DNA from: a virus
IMG/VR virus record: IMGVR_UViG_3300025949_000016
Direction: 5' to 3' (one strand)
DNA length: 64,000 nucleotides
Both the position numbers and the translations under genes were made by a program. How positions within the stretch are numbered: the first letter of the stretch is position 1; each line of letters opens with the position of its first letter. Positions 43,514-54,399 of the stretch are shown piece after piece. The notes beneath the pieces were generated by a model. That model was not told the DNA's origin and searched no databases. It was given only the letters and a program-made list of their open reading frames with translations.

Positions 43514-45733
43514 TTAGTTGCCCCCTGTTCTTACATTAAAGATATAAGTTCCTGCGGCAGATATGGCTCCAGTCATTACTGCAGCAGTTGTACTTGTCCC
43601 GTTAATTGCTACATAACCTCCTGAGGTATTAGCTATTGCGCTACCAGTAGTAGAATTAGCAGAGCTAATTATAACTATAGGAGTATTTGGCCAAGCGCTA
43701 GCAAAATTTATAGTTCCTATTGTACCAGAAACAGCTCCTGAAGTAACTAAAGTAAGTTTCATATTTGCATCTGTTCCTGAAATAGTAAGACTGGTAACAT
43801 TAGTTCCTAATCCACTGGAAGTAGGAGAGCTGCCAAATCCTAATGGATGGTTTACAGCTGATCCAACTGTAATGCTATCCCAGCCAGAACCTTTATATAC
43901 CCAATAAGCAGCTGTACCTGGTGTTGGATTATTATTATAGATAATTTCTCCAGTAAAGAAATTTGTACTATTAGGTATCGTATCTGAATATATTGGGTTT
44001 TTACTTACACTTATAAGTCTCCATGTATTAAGTAAATCACTTCTTTGAAAAAGTGCAGATTGACCATTTCTTAATACAAGACTATTTGAATCGAGTCCAC
44101 TGGGTAATTGGATATTACCACTTTGCCCTCTAAATTGTACAAAACTATATGGATTATTTCCCTCACTACACGTTATTAAAATTTGTTCTAATGGATTTAA
44201 ATTACTATTAATTGTATTAATAAAAGAACTTTTAGAATATGTTCCATTGGTTACAATATCTCTAAAATAACCAGTATTAAGCGTATTACTTGCTACATTA
44301 ATATTTTGACCTACAAAAACAGTAGTATAAGAAAGGTTATCTTGACCATAATTACCGAATATACGACCTCCACCTGGGCTACCTGCTGGAGAAGTATAAA
44401 ATCTACCATTCAATGTACCATATAAACCATTATTAATAGCATCTAAAATAGACCCATCATTTCCAAATATATAAGAACCTAACCCTGTACCAACATTAGC
44501 AATGTGTGTATTTTGTACAGTTACTCTAGATTTATTGGTAGCATGAAATCCTAAAGAATCATTTTCTAACCAACAATCTTGGAAATTTATTCCTTGTGCA
44601 AAATAAGTATAAACCGCTTTTTTAACTGCTTGAATTGTTACTCTCTTAAAAGTAATTGCTCCAAATATCTGATCATTGGAAGTAAGTAAAGAACGAAGAT
44701 CAACACCGACTGTTCCAGCATTGGTTGATCCTTGACCATCAAATTCTGAATCTTCAACAGTTAGTTGGCCCATTTGACCTTCCACATATAAGCCTTTAGA
44801 AGATGAGTCTGATGTACTACTAACTTTTACATGATCAAGTGTTAAAAATTGATTAGCCATATCTCCCAATCCATCAGAACAATAGAAATGAAAGCCATGT
44901 CCTTTAAATCCAGAAATATCTAAGTTTTGAAATTTACTATCCCACAATCCTCCTGTATAAGAAGGAGATGTTTGAGGTATAGCTGTTATATTGAAACAAT
45001 GTTGGTTAGTATTAGATGCATTTCCAACAAGTTTTAGATTAGCAATTGTAATTTTTTGTGCAGGTGTATCTACGAGAACAAATAATCCACTAGCAGAACT
45101 TACCCTAGCTTGAATAGTTGTTCTACCATTATCACCTATAATAGAACAATTTCTTATTTTAATTGAGTCTACAAGAAAAGTTCCTTGTGGTATTCTTACA
45201 ATTTTACTAAGTGTATTACCTGTTGTTGCAAAATCTATAGCCGCATTAATTGCTGCTGTAGAATTAGTAGTACCGTCTCCTATGGCTCCAAACCATTGGA
45301 CATCAATGAAATTACTTATAATCCTTTTATATCTATGTCCACCAGCATCTACTATGATAGTACCAGTATTATCTACACTTGTATTATCAGTTGCATCGTA
45401 ATAAAAGAACCCTTCTTTACCTTTATCTGAGCAATAATAAGATGGAATAGGTGTAGATAGATTAGACCCTCGTAAGTTTGCCAAGCTAATAGATGAGCCT
45501 GAATTTGAACTAAACCATCCACTGGATGTTTTAAAATATACTATATTATTCTTAATAGCCATTGCTCCAACAGGAGAAGTAGATAAAGTATCAAAAGGTG
45601 GTATAAGTCCACTATCTGGCTTTAATATACCTCTCACTCTAATAGTGGTATTTTTACCTCCTAAATACTGCTCAAGTTGAGCATTACTTATGAAAGTAGT
45701 AAACAACAATATTATTGTAAGTAGCCTTTTCAT
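43514..45733 (-). CDS. Tailspike-like beta-helix (pectate lyase-like) protein with signal peptide
   Basis: VQWFGAIGDGTTNSTAAINAAI...IPQGTF; GFFYYD..DNTGTII; signal ...ISNA/Q. Confidence 0.8.
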   Translation of the reverse strand: MKRLLTIILLFTTFISNAQLEQYLGGKNTTIRVRGILKPDSGLIPPFDTLSTSPVGAMAIKNNIVYFKTSSGWFSSNSGSSISLANLRGSNLSTPIPSYYCSDKGKEGFFYYDATDNTSVDNTGTIIVDAGGHRYKRIISNFIDVQWFGAIGDGTTNSTAAINAAIDFATTGNTLSKIVRIPQGTFLVDSIKIRNCSIIGDNGRTTIQARVSSASGLFVLVDTPAQKITIANLKLVGNASNTNQHCFNITAIPQTSPSYTGGLWDSKFQNLDISGFKGHGFHFYCSDGLGDMANQFLTLDHVKVSSTSDSSSKGLYVEGQMGQLTVEDSEFDGQGSTNAGTVGVDLRSLLTSNDQIFGAITFKRVTIQAVKKAVYTYFAQGINFQDCWLENDSLGFHATNKSRVTVQNTHIANVGTGLGSYIFGNDGSILDAINNGLYGTLNGRFYTSPAGSPGGGRIFGNYGQDNLSYTTVFVGQNINVASNTLNTGYFRDIVTNGTYSKSSFINTINSNLNPLEQILITCSEGNNPYSFVQFRGQSGNIQLPSGLDSNSLVLRNGQSALFQRSDLLNTWRLISVSKNPIYSDTIPNSTNFFTGEIIYNNNPTPGTAAYWVYKGSGWDSITVGSAVNHPLGFGSSPTSSGLGTNVTSLTISGTDANMKLTLVTSGAVSGTIGTINFASAWPNTPIVIISSANSTTGSAIANTSGGYVAINGTSTTAAVMTGAISAAGTYIFNVRTGGN

Positions 45734-47214
45734 TAAGATGGTAGTATAATTACCTGAATTAATTCACCTGCTGTTAAAGCTGAACTAAAGGTTATAAAAT
45801 TATCTAATAAGTTCTTAGTAAAGAAGCTATCTCCATTACCAGGATCACTATCAGGTTCCATTAGTTTATTTCTATATACCAATACTGGAAATCCAACAAG
45901 GGCATTATTAACATAAGTAGTACCAGACGTAAAAGGACTTCCAACCGCATCTACTACACCATTTATTTTTAAAGTAGAAATAACAGGAGGTGTGGGAGTT
46001 GTTCCAGATCCACTTCCAATTGCTAACCATATACTATTAACGGCATCATACCACATGAACTGCCTAAGTGTATTATCAAATACAAGTAGACTATCATATA
46101 GATCTCCATTGGGTATAGAAGTGCGCTGACTAGTAGTCATTACTGGTATCTTTATACCATATTGACTAATAAAAACAGGAGCATATCCAGCACTACTATT
46201 ATTTAAGGTACCAAATACTTTAGTAATAGGATTTTGAACCGTTGCTAATGTACTTTGAATACCTGCTATAGTAGCAGCATTAGCATTAGCAACAAGTCCA
46301 TTAGAATGACTTGTAATAAGAATATTACCAGGTGCAGTACCATCTATTTTTACATCTGCTTGTATACCATTAGACGTAGAGGTAAGCGTAATTGTATCAC
46401 TATTAACTAAGTTAACGTCAGCCTGAATTGTATGATTACTAATACCAGAAACTGTCAAATTGACAGTATTAGTATCTATAGCCGTGACAGGTGTTTCTGG
46501 ATTTGGAGTTGGTATTCTATATAATTTAGAATCTGATCCAACCAGCAAAGTACCACTAGGACCTGTGGTTACAAATCCATTAGTAGGTAAATTAGCCAAT
46601 TGTACGTCAGATGTCTGAGCATATAAAGCACCGTCTGTACCAAGTATTAAAGCATTACCTGTATCTGTAGATAATTTAACAGAACCACTTAAACCTAAAT
46701 TACTATCATAAAAATGTAAAGAAGGAGAATCTTGATACTTTAGATTGGCAGTAAGTACATGACCTCCATTACCACTAGGTATTAATTGAATTGTATTAGT
46801 TACGTTAGTAGTAATAGGAATTTCAGGACAACAATCAAACTTAACTCCGTTACTACTTGCACTTACGGGTGCAGTAGAAGACGGATCTATTTTGAGACTA
46901 CCTTTTAAGGTTACTCCATCAAATGTTAAATCAATGGAACTGGTGTCTTGAACAGAAATAGAAGCTCCACCACTTACTAAAGGAGATAAATCTACATTAA
47001 CTGCTTGAGGTAAACGATCTTCTGGTAAATAGACAAGTTGTAGTATTGACCCAGTTAAAGTAAAAGATTGTATTTGTGTATCTGTTTCTAAAAGTTTGAC
47101 AGTATCACCCAAATTAACGGTGTTACCATCACTAATAGATAGATCTCCAACAGTTGAATCTAAAATTAACGTTTGAGCCGTACAAGTCTGTATGGTACTT
47201 TGATTACAGGACAT
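45733..47214 (-). CDS. Fibre-like structural protein
   Basis: Repeated DTxx(I/V)xLT...AD(V/L) units; IPVMTTSQR...LVFDNT motif. Confidence 0.7.
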   Translation of the reverse strand: MSCNQSTIQTCTAQTLILDSTVGDLSISDGNTVNLGDTVKLLETDTQIQSFTLTGSILQLVYLPEDRLPQAVNVDLSPLVSGGASISVQDTSSIDLTFDGVTLKGSLKIDPSSTAPVSASSNGVKFDCCPEIPITTNVTNTIQLIPSGNGGHVLTANLKYQDSPSLHFYDSNLGLSGSVKLSTDTGNALILGTDGALYAQTSDVQLANLPTNGFVTTGPSGTLLVGSDSKLYRIPTPNPETPVTAIDTNTVNLTVSGISNHTIQADVNLVNSDTITLTSTSNGIQADVKIDGTAPGNILITSHSNGLVANANAATIAGIQSTLATVQNPITKVFGTLNNSSAGYAPVFISQYGIKIPVMTTSQRTSIPNGDLYDSLLVFDNTLRQFMWYDAVNSIWLAIGSGSGTTPTPPVISTLKINGVVDAVGSPFTSGTTYVNNALVGFPVLVYRNKLMEPDSDPGNGDSFFTKNLLDNFITFSSALTAGELIQVIILPS

Positions 47215-47231
47215 CCACTAGTTTTAAAGGA

Positions 47232-47480
47232 TTAGAGACTAGGTACGGTTTTCCATACATTGTCCACGTCAAGATACTCTAAATGAGCACTTATTTTATT
47301 ATACCTTACTGGACGAACGGTAGAATCTTGATCGCAGCATTTATCAGAAAATGCTACATTCCAGCGACTTAGGAGTTTTTTAAATAACTTATCGAGGGAG
47401 AAAAGACCAGCATAGTCTTTATCATTTGTATTTTGCTTCTTTACAATTAATCCCTCCTGAATAAAATAACGAACGACCAT
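47232..47480 (-). CDS. Hypothetical protein, near the start of the - strand module
   Basis: 82-aa ORF. Confidence 0.65.
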   Translation of the reverse strand: MVVRYFIQEGLIVKKQNTNDKDYAGLFSLDKLFKKLLSRWNVAFSDKCCDQDSTVRPVRYNKISAHLEYLDVDNVWKTVPSL

Positions 47481-47690
47481 AATATTGTAAGGATGTTTCC
47501 ACGCATCCAGTACGTGTTTTAATTAAAAACGAATCATTTCCTATTCGTAGTTTATTTATTTAATTTTAATTGGCTTTTTATCAACTGGAAGAGTATCATA
47601 AGGAGTACTACATCCACCGCTACCACAACTTGCTTTAATTATTTGCATAATTATTTAAATTTTTATCAAGCAATTTCAATATCGCTTAAG

Positions 47691-47722
47691 TTAATATACA
47701 AAATATTATTTAAACTACCAAA
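47691..47722 (-). promoter_or_regulatory. Candidate promoter for the fibre/lysis module
   Basis: On - strand TTTG-N20-TATATTAA at the divergence point. Confidence 0.5.
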
Positions 47723-49278
47723 TTAATTTTTAAAATTAATCTATGACTTTAGTAAAAAAATGTGGAGATTGTCCATTTTGGGGACGCTATAAAGAAATGG
47801 AATGTACTCATTCTAATAATCAAGGCGTTTATAAAAACCTTATAAATTGGGATAACGTAGAGAAAAAACCTCCAAAATGGTGCCCACTAAGAAAAGAAGA
47901 TTACAACGAAGTAAAAATAGTAAATGGTAAGAAAGTTTCAGAAAAACACATAAAACTAATAAAATGAAATTTAACAAAAACCCATATTATGACCCAGAAG
48001 AATGTGGTCTTGAAATATTCGATGATATAGATACAGCGGGTTCATATGAATTTGATATGTTTGTAATTTGGAGAAAGTTAGACGATAATACTCTTTGGTG
48101 GGGTACAGATTCTGGCTGTAGTTGTCCTACTCCTTTTGAAGGTTTTGAAACTTTAAATGATATGAATCAAATTACTAAAGAAACATTTTATAATTTTGAT
48201 CAAGCTTTAGAAAACCATACCGATATTAGTAAATCAGACTATAATAATATAAAAAACAAAGTAAAACAATATTTAAATATATGAAACCAAATTTTAATTT
48301 TGATATTTCAGTTGGTAAACTTGAACAAGGATCTTTAGTAATAATTAAGAATGCAGAAGGTAATCCTTGCTCTTCTAATGTTGGAATTATTACTGTTATA
48401 AATAGTACTCATGTACAAATTACAACATTAATGGGTGTTACTAGGTCTTTTATAGAACGTGAACTTACATTATTTAAGGGATCAATAACTATATCACAAT
48501 GAAGCCAATAATAACAGTAGAAAATGTAGATTATCAAGGAGATCAGATAGAAATAGGTACTTTAGTAGTCTATAAAGCCAGAATTGGTATGGTTAGAAGC
48601 TTACATGATAATAATACTAATGCATCAGTATTTGAATTTAAAGCTCATGAAATTACACTTTGGCCTTTTAATGAATGTAAAATATTTAAAGGTAAATTAA
48701 TAATGGAACAATAAAATAACAATATGTCAATAGCAGATAAAATCCGCCGATTACCACAAACAGTTAATTTTCAAGGAGTCGAGTTCGACTTTGCTATAAT
48801 AATAGAAAGTCCAGATGAACTAAAGTTATCGTATGATGTAGCCGAAGCTGATATATTTAGTCCTCATTATGGAGATGTAAAAAGTTATGGATCATGGCAC
48901 AATCCATTTGAAAGCGATAGTTTTCAAGGATTTCTATGGTTAAGAGAAGGTATAGAAAATGATGACGATCTAGAAGAAGCTTTATGTGATGTATATAATT
49001 TTCTAAAAAAGAATGATTTTATAAAATGATTAAATTAAATAAAATAGAACCGCAGACAGTTGAAGTATTTGATCCTCAGAATAATAGTTTAGGATTCTTA
49101 AATGAATATGAATTTCTAGATTTAAGAGCCCAAATAGCAGAACAAAGAGTTGAAGGTTATTATTATATGTTCAATGAAGATCAAATATTTATTGATAAAG
49201 ATGGTAGAAGTTGGCAACCAAATAAGTTATTTAACTCAATTGAAAATAGTTTAGTAAGAATAATGACCGCAAATTTTT

Positions 49279-49677
49279 CTAAGAAGTAGATAACTTATCT
49301 GCCACTTTATTATATCTTCTCGGTATCCATTCAAATTCTATATGATTAAATAGTGGTAATAGTTGTTTTTCAATATAAGAATAATAAGCAGTTAGTTTAT
49401 TATCTCTTACTTTATAAGTGCCATTTATAATATTAATAATAAGTTGAGAGTCCCCATTAACTTTTATTGACTTTTCTTGAAGATTATTTTCTAAAAGTAA
49501 TTTTAATAGACAATAAAGAGCTTCGAATTCAGCAACATTATTACTATTAGTAAGCCGCGGTTTAATCTTTTTAGAAAAGGTTATTTCATTTACGTTATTA
49601 TAGATGACACATCCAATACCCATTGTACCTCCTGGATTATCGGAGCAAGATCCGTCAAAGTATGCATTTATTTGCAT
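49279..49677 (-). CDS. rnhA: Ribonuclease HI
   Basis: YFDGSC..NPG, SNNVAEFEAL, GDSQLII, WIPRRYNKVADKLS. Confidence 0.92.
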   Translation of the reverse strand: MQINAYFDGSCSDNPGGTMGIGCVIYNNVNEITFSKKIKPRLTNSNNVAEFEALYCLLKLLLENNLQEKSIKVNGDSQLIINIINGTYKVRDNKLTAYYSYIEKQLLPLFNHIEFEWIPRRYNKVADKLSTS

Positions 49678-50045
49678 ATTATATTATCTCTTATAAATTT
49701 ATTAATATTTAGATTTGGAACATCTTCATTTTTAACTCTAATAACTTGACAACCTTTAATTTCGGTTAACCATTTATCACGTAACTTATCCTTTTCTATT
49801 ATTTCAGGAGTATTATGGTATCCTCCATCAACCTCTATTATAACTTTATAAGGTTTTGGTATGTATATATCCGCAATTATAAAGGTTTTACCATATCCTA
49901 AAAACCCCTTCTGAAATTTTGCTTTTGGAAATTTAGATTTTATCTTTTGATACATTCTTATTTCCATTTCAGTAGCATTTTCACGCAATTTATTTTTATT
50001 CTTTGCGCACCAAGATTGTTGATTCGAGTAAAATTTAGTACACAC
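49668..50045 (-). CDS. DUF559/Vsr-like PD-(D/E)xK endonuclease
   Basis: LRENATEME, FIIADIY, IIEVDGGYH, D..RD.WL, VIRVKN. Confidence 0.85.
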   Translation of the reverse strand: MCTKFYSNQQSWCAKNKNKLRENATEMEIRMYQKIKSKFPKAKFQKGFLGYGKTFIIADIYIPKPYKVIIEVDGGYHNTPEIIEKDKLRDKWLTEIKGCQVIRVKNEDVPNLNINKFIRDNIICK

Positions 50046-50049
50046 AACT

Positions 50050-50388
50050 ATTAATAATTTTTATTAAAAAAATCGCAGTAAATAAATTACCTATGGCAAT
50101 TTGAGAGGGTACTAAACGAAGTTATCAAGACAAAACCCCCTATAATCCCCCTACTTTATAGTAGAAAGATTAAAAAGAAATAACATCGTTTAAAATTACC
50201 TCCGTATAATTTTCGTGGGGCTCTAGGTTACGCAAGTTTAGAAGAATACCTAGATTTAAACATGATAATATTGTTTAGCACAACGCACTCAAGCTATAGT
50301 TCTACCTATGCACCACCCACTTGAGCAATCTGTCCATGGGATACAGCATTCTTATCACAACGGTATAAGATAAGTAATATATTACTGA
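50050..50388 (-). ncRNA. Structured ~340-nt leader/ncRNA with G5-ATTATA-G5 tract
   Basis: No ORF; series of hairpins (TCTTAT/ATAAGA, GCTCAAG/CTTGAGT, TCTAGGT/ACCTAGA, CTACT/AGTAG); G tracts at 50136-50151; begins just downstream of a consensus promoter. Confidence 0.55.
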
Positions 50389-50394
50389 ACAATA

Positions 50395-50426
50395 CAAAGG
50401 TACAACTAATTATTGAATTTTCCAAA
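50395..50426 (-). promoter_or_regulatory. Bacteroidota-type sigma-A promoter
   Basis: On - strand TTTG-N20-TACCTTTG, exact consensus. Confidence 0.8.
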
Positions 50427-50918
50427 TTTATTTTTATAATCAAATGAATAATTTATGGGGTGTCATACTTGGTTTTATAATTTATCCGAATTAGATAATT
50501 GGGATAAAATAAAAGAAAAAGCTTATGAATATCTTAAACAAATGAAAGATAGAACAGATGATTATCATAAGCAACATGATCAAATGATGAGATATTGCAT
50601 TGATAATAAATTAGATACAATTGTAGGAGAATTTGTTTCAGCTTTTGGAAATCTTAGTACTTATCACAATGAAAAAATATATACTAAAGTAGAAGGTTTA
50701 TATGATCTTTTTAGAATTGGTGGATATCCAGAAGATAAACTTTTATCTTATGATGAAACTTTAGAATATATGAAAAAATACTGTGAAAAATATAAAGTTC
50801 CATTTGAATCTCATTTTGGAAATATTGAAGAGATAAAAGATGAACTATTACAATTTTGGAATCAATATCCAAATGGATTAATTGAATTTGGCTAAAACTT
50901 AAATTTATGAAAAAATTT

Positions 50919-50949
50919 TTTGGATATTTAATAATTTTCCTTATATTTG
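50919..50949 (+). promoter_or_regulatory. Bacteroidota-type promoter inside a small membrane-protein ORF (50907-51071)
   Basis: TTTG-N19-TATATTTG. Confidence 0.5.
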
Positions 50950-51693
50950 CATCCATCTTTGTAGGTATGGTTATTATAGGAGGGTGGTTGGCAACAATTC
51001 TTACATGGGTTATTACTATTATTATTTGTGGTGGAATAGCTATTGGAGTATGGATGTCAACAGAAGATTAAAAATTTAAATTTATACTATATGAAAAAAC
51101 TAGATGTACCCTTAGTAATGAATGAATATGGTCAAATTGGGATGGTTATTAACCACACCAAAGATAGAAACTATTTAGAAGTAATAGTAATAAAATCTGA
51201 CAAATTGTCAGGTCACACTGTTAACTGGAGGATAGAAGACATCAAACCTTGGAATGGTAATGTAATAATTTCTAATCATCAAAATCGCATTTTATGACAG
51301 ATTTAATCATTATATTTATACTATTAATTATTGTTATGGTTATATCAGGATTTATTTATAGATGTAGTGATTGTGGTAAATTATTTAGTATAAGAAGAAT
51401 AAACCACCAAGGATGTAGAAGAGTAGTTTGTAAACATTGTGGAAAAGAAAAATAAAATATATGTCAGAGATATTAATTAGTAGAAAAGATCCTAATAAAG
51501 GTTTTAAAAATGGAGATTTGGTAGAAAAAGATGGTGAGGTTGGTTATATATATGGTCGCAATCATAAAAATGACTTTGCAGTTAATGTCTGTGTATTAAC
51601 TAGAATGAATGATAAAGATGATAGTCTTAAATGGCAAAATTGGAATATAAATCAAATAGAACTTTTTCATGGAACTATTACAATAAAAAGTGA

Positions 51694-52728
51694 ATGAAAA
51701 TTTTAACGCTTGTAACCTCTACTAATGCGTGTGATTACCATCGTGTTGTTAATCCTTTTAGATTCTTACCATTAGAAGATAGAGAATCTTTAAAGATTAT
51801 AGAACACGATCAACAAGTGTCTGCAATGGCATTTAAAAACGCTGATTTAGTAGTATTTAATAGATATCCGCCGTTTGACTTAGATCATATACTTTCTTTA
51901 CGTGATAGATTTAAATTCAAAATATGGGTAGATATAGATGATTATTGGAAACTTTATCCTGGACATTATCTAGAAGCTCATTGGAAAAGAGATAAGACAG
52001 AACAAAAAATAATTAAAGCATTAAGTATTGCAGATATTGTTACTGTTACTAATAGAAGATTGTTAAGAGCTGTTTTACCTATTAACGAAAAAGCTAGAAT
52101 AATACCTAATGCTATCCCAATAGGTTTTGATCAGTTTTTATCTCAAAAACAAGAATCTACTACCGTTCGTTTCATGTATGCAGGAGGTCCAAGTCATGGG
52201 AAAGATTTAAAAAGTATAGAGAAATTTTTTACTTTAATGGGTAAAAATGCATGTACTTATAAAAATGTAGAGTTTATTCTAGCTGGATATAGTGATCGTT
52301 ATAAAGAACCTGCACTTCACGAGATGAATGATATAATGTCAAGAGCTCCTAATTATTCTACCTTATTGGGACTACCAGTTAATAAGTACATGAATCATTA
52401 TAATTTTGCAGATGTGTGTTTATCTCCTTTGATCAAAAACGAGTTTAATGAAATGAAATCAAATTTAAAGATAATAGAGGCAGGTTGTATGCGCTGTCCT
52501 ATTATATGCACAAATATGTTTCCATTTCTAGAAGATGAAAAAATGAGAGCTAAAGGAGTCTTTTATTGCAATAATGCAGCAGATTGGAATGATGTTTGTA
52601 CTTATTTAATTAAAAACCCAAATCTTATTGTAGAGTACGGTAACCAACTCTATGATTACGTAAAAGAACATTATGATCTTTTAGAAATAAATAAAATAAG
52701 GAGAGAGATTATTAACTCATTTAAATAA
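51694..52728 (+). CDS. Glycosyltransferase, GT-B fold (GT4-like)
   Basis: YHRV..P, DIDD, ADIVTVT, IPNAI, PL..NEFN..KSNLKIIEAG. Confidence 0.85.
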   Translation: MKILTLVTSTNACDYHRVVNPFRFLPLEDRESLKIIEHDQQVSAMAFKNADLVVFNRYPPFDLDHILSLRDRFKFKIWVDIDDYWKLYPGHYLEAHWKRDKTEQKIIKALSIADIVTVTNRRLLRAVLPINEKARIIPNAIPIGFDQFLSQKQESTTVRFMYAGGPSHGKDLKSIEKFFTLMGKNACTYKNVEFILAGYSDRYKEPALHEMNDIMSRAPNYSTLLGLPVNKYMNHYNFADVCLSPLIKNEFNEMKSNLKIIEAGCMRCPIICTNMFPFLEDEKMRAKGVFYCNNAADWNDVCTYLIKNPNLIVEYGNQLYDYVKEHYDLLEINKIRREIINSFK

Positions 52729-54399
52729 TTAAATATGGCAACTTGTAACTATTTTTGTAAATTTGAAAAAAAAGTAAGATCAAGTTTAAAAAAAAGTAAA
52801 AAAGAATATTCAACTAGTATAAACTTTGGTTCATTCATTATTGAATCTGAAGATAACTATGAAGATGGAGATTCAATAGAGCTGGATGTAGAGTATTCTG
52901 AAACTGCTCATTGTTGTGGAGTAGTAGAATTAGGAGATATTGATGTTCAAGATGAAAATAAAGGCTTAATAAAAGAAGAGTGGAAAATTGAGTACATAAA
53001 ATTGCTTCTTCTACATTTATTTAAAAATGAAACTTCAGGAAAATCTTGTAAATTATTTCAATTTACTATACCTATTAGATCTTATAGAGGAAAAATAATA
53101 GAAGACTATCTACTTTTTGAAAAAGGAGCTATAGCCGCAGGGTTTGAATGTGTAGCAGAATTTAAGAATTCTAATTCTGGGAATTTATTACGACATTATA
53201 TAAAATATAAATTATGACTCAAAACTTAATATTGATTTATTTTATTATTGGTATTACATATACTATTATAAACGGAGCGTTTAGAAAGCTAGATACAGAT
53301 GGTGATTATTTATTGCCACTATCGTGGATACTTATCTGGCCTTTGTTTATACTAGCCTTAATTATTGACAGAACTATTAAACTCTTTAAAAAATGACATT
53401 TTTAAAAGCCGAACTTTTATTAATACTAATATTAATAATTTTATTTTTATTAGATAGCTCTGAAGAGGATCAATTTGATGAATTTAGTAATAGAATAGGA
53501 AATATAGCCGCAGTTTGTACGTTTCTATTATTAATAAACACTATTATTTGTATATTTTATTATATAAAGATATGAGACCTTTATCATTATCTAGAGAGCA
53601 ATCAACCAAAATAATTGAAATGGCTAAAGAGTTATTTCCAGAATATATCAATATTCGATTTGGAAAAAATTCTGAATATAATTTCATTTGGATGGACTCT
53701 ATGCCAAGCACCAATCCTGATCCAGTAGACTTTCATTGGTTTGAGTTATGTACAACTAAGATTGCTATAAGATTAGAGCAATTAATCAAGGAAAACCCTG
53801 AGCATAGAGAAATAATGGATTTTATACCTTTTATAGTAGTAGATGAAATGATGATGAAAGGTAATCATCCAGTAGATATATTATATGAGCAATATAAAAA
53901 ATTAAAAAATGAATAAGCTTGATAGAGATAAACAACATGAAGAATCTGATAAAGATTATAAAAAGCGGCTAACGGAATTTTATAAATCAGAGCGAGCTGA
54001 GTTAAAAGAACATCCTCATATAAGATTTCATGCCTCTAATAAAGTAGAAGATTTAGCGGATATTATTCATAAATTACATATCTTAAGTAAACCTACTTAT
54101 TACTTAGATGGATCACCTCATTGTGATTCAAGCAAAGATAGATCTGAAAATGATCTTTATTTATTAGTAAGATATTACATAAATCCTAAAATAACATTTA
54201 AATTTTGTAGTGAATTATTATGGGAGATGTATAATTTTGGATATAATGCAAATATAGGATGTGGAAAATTTTTTCATATGCATTTCTGTCATACGATCAA
54301 TAGGCATTGTTATACTGCAGTTAGACTAGCAATGAAAGTTGATGAAATAAGAGACTATCTAAAAGAAAAAAATTTAAACTTAAAAGTAAGAAAAGACTT

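Noticed and set aside
32474-45430. + strand ORFs inside the fibre genes (32474, 38037, 38984, 39024, 40725, 41373, 41765, 45185)
   Set aside because: Antisense shadows of Thr/Ser/Gly-rich codons
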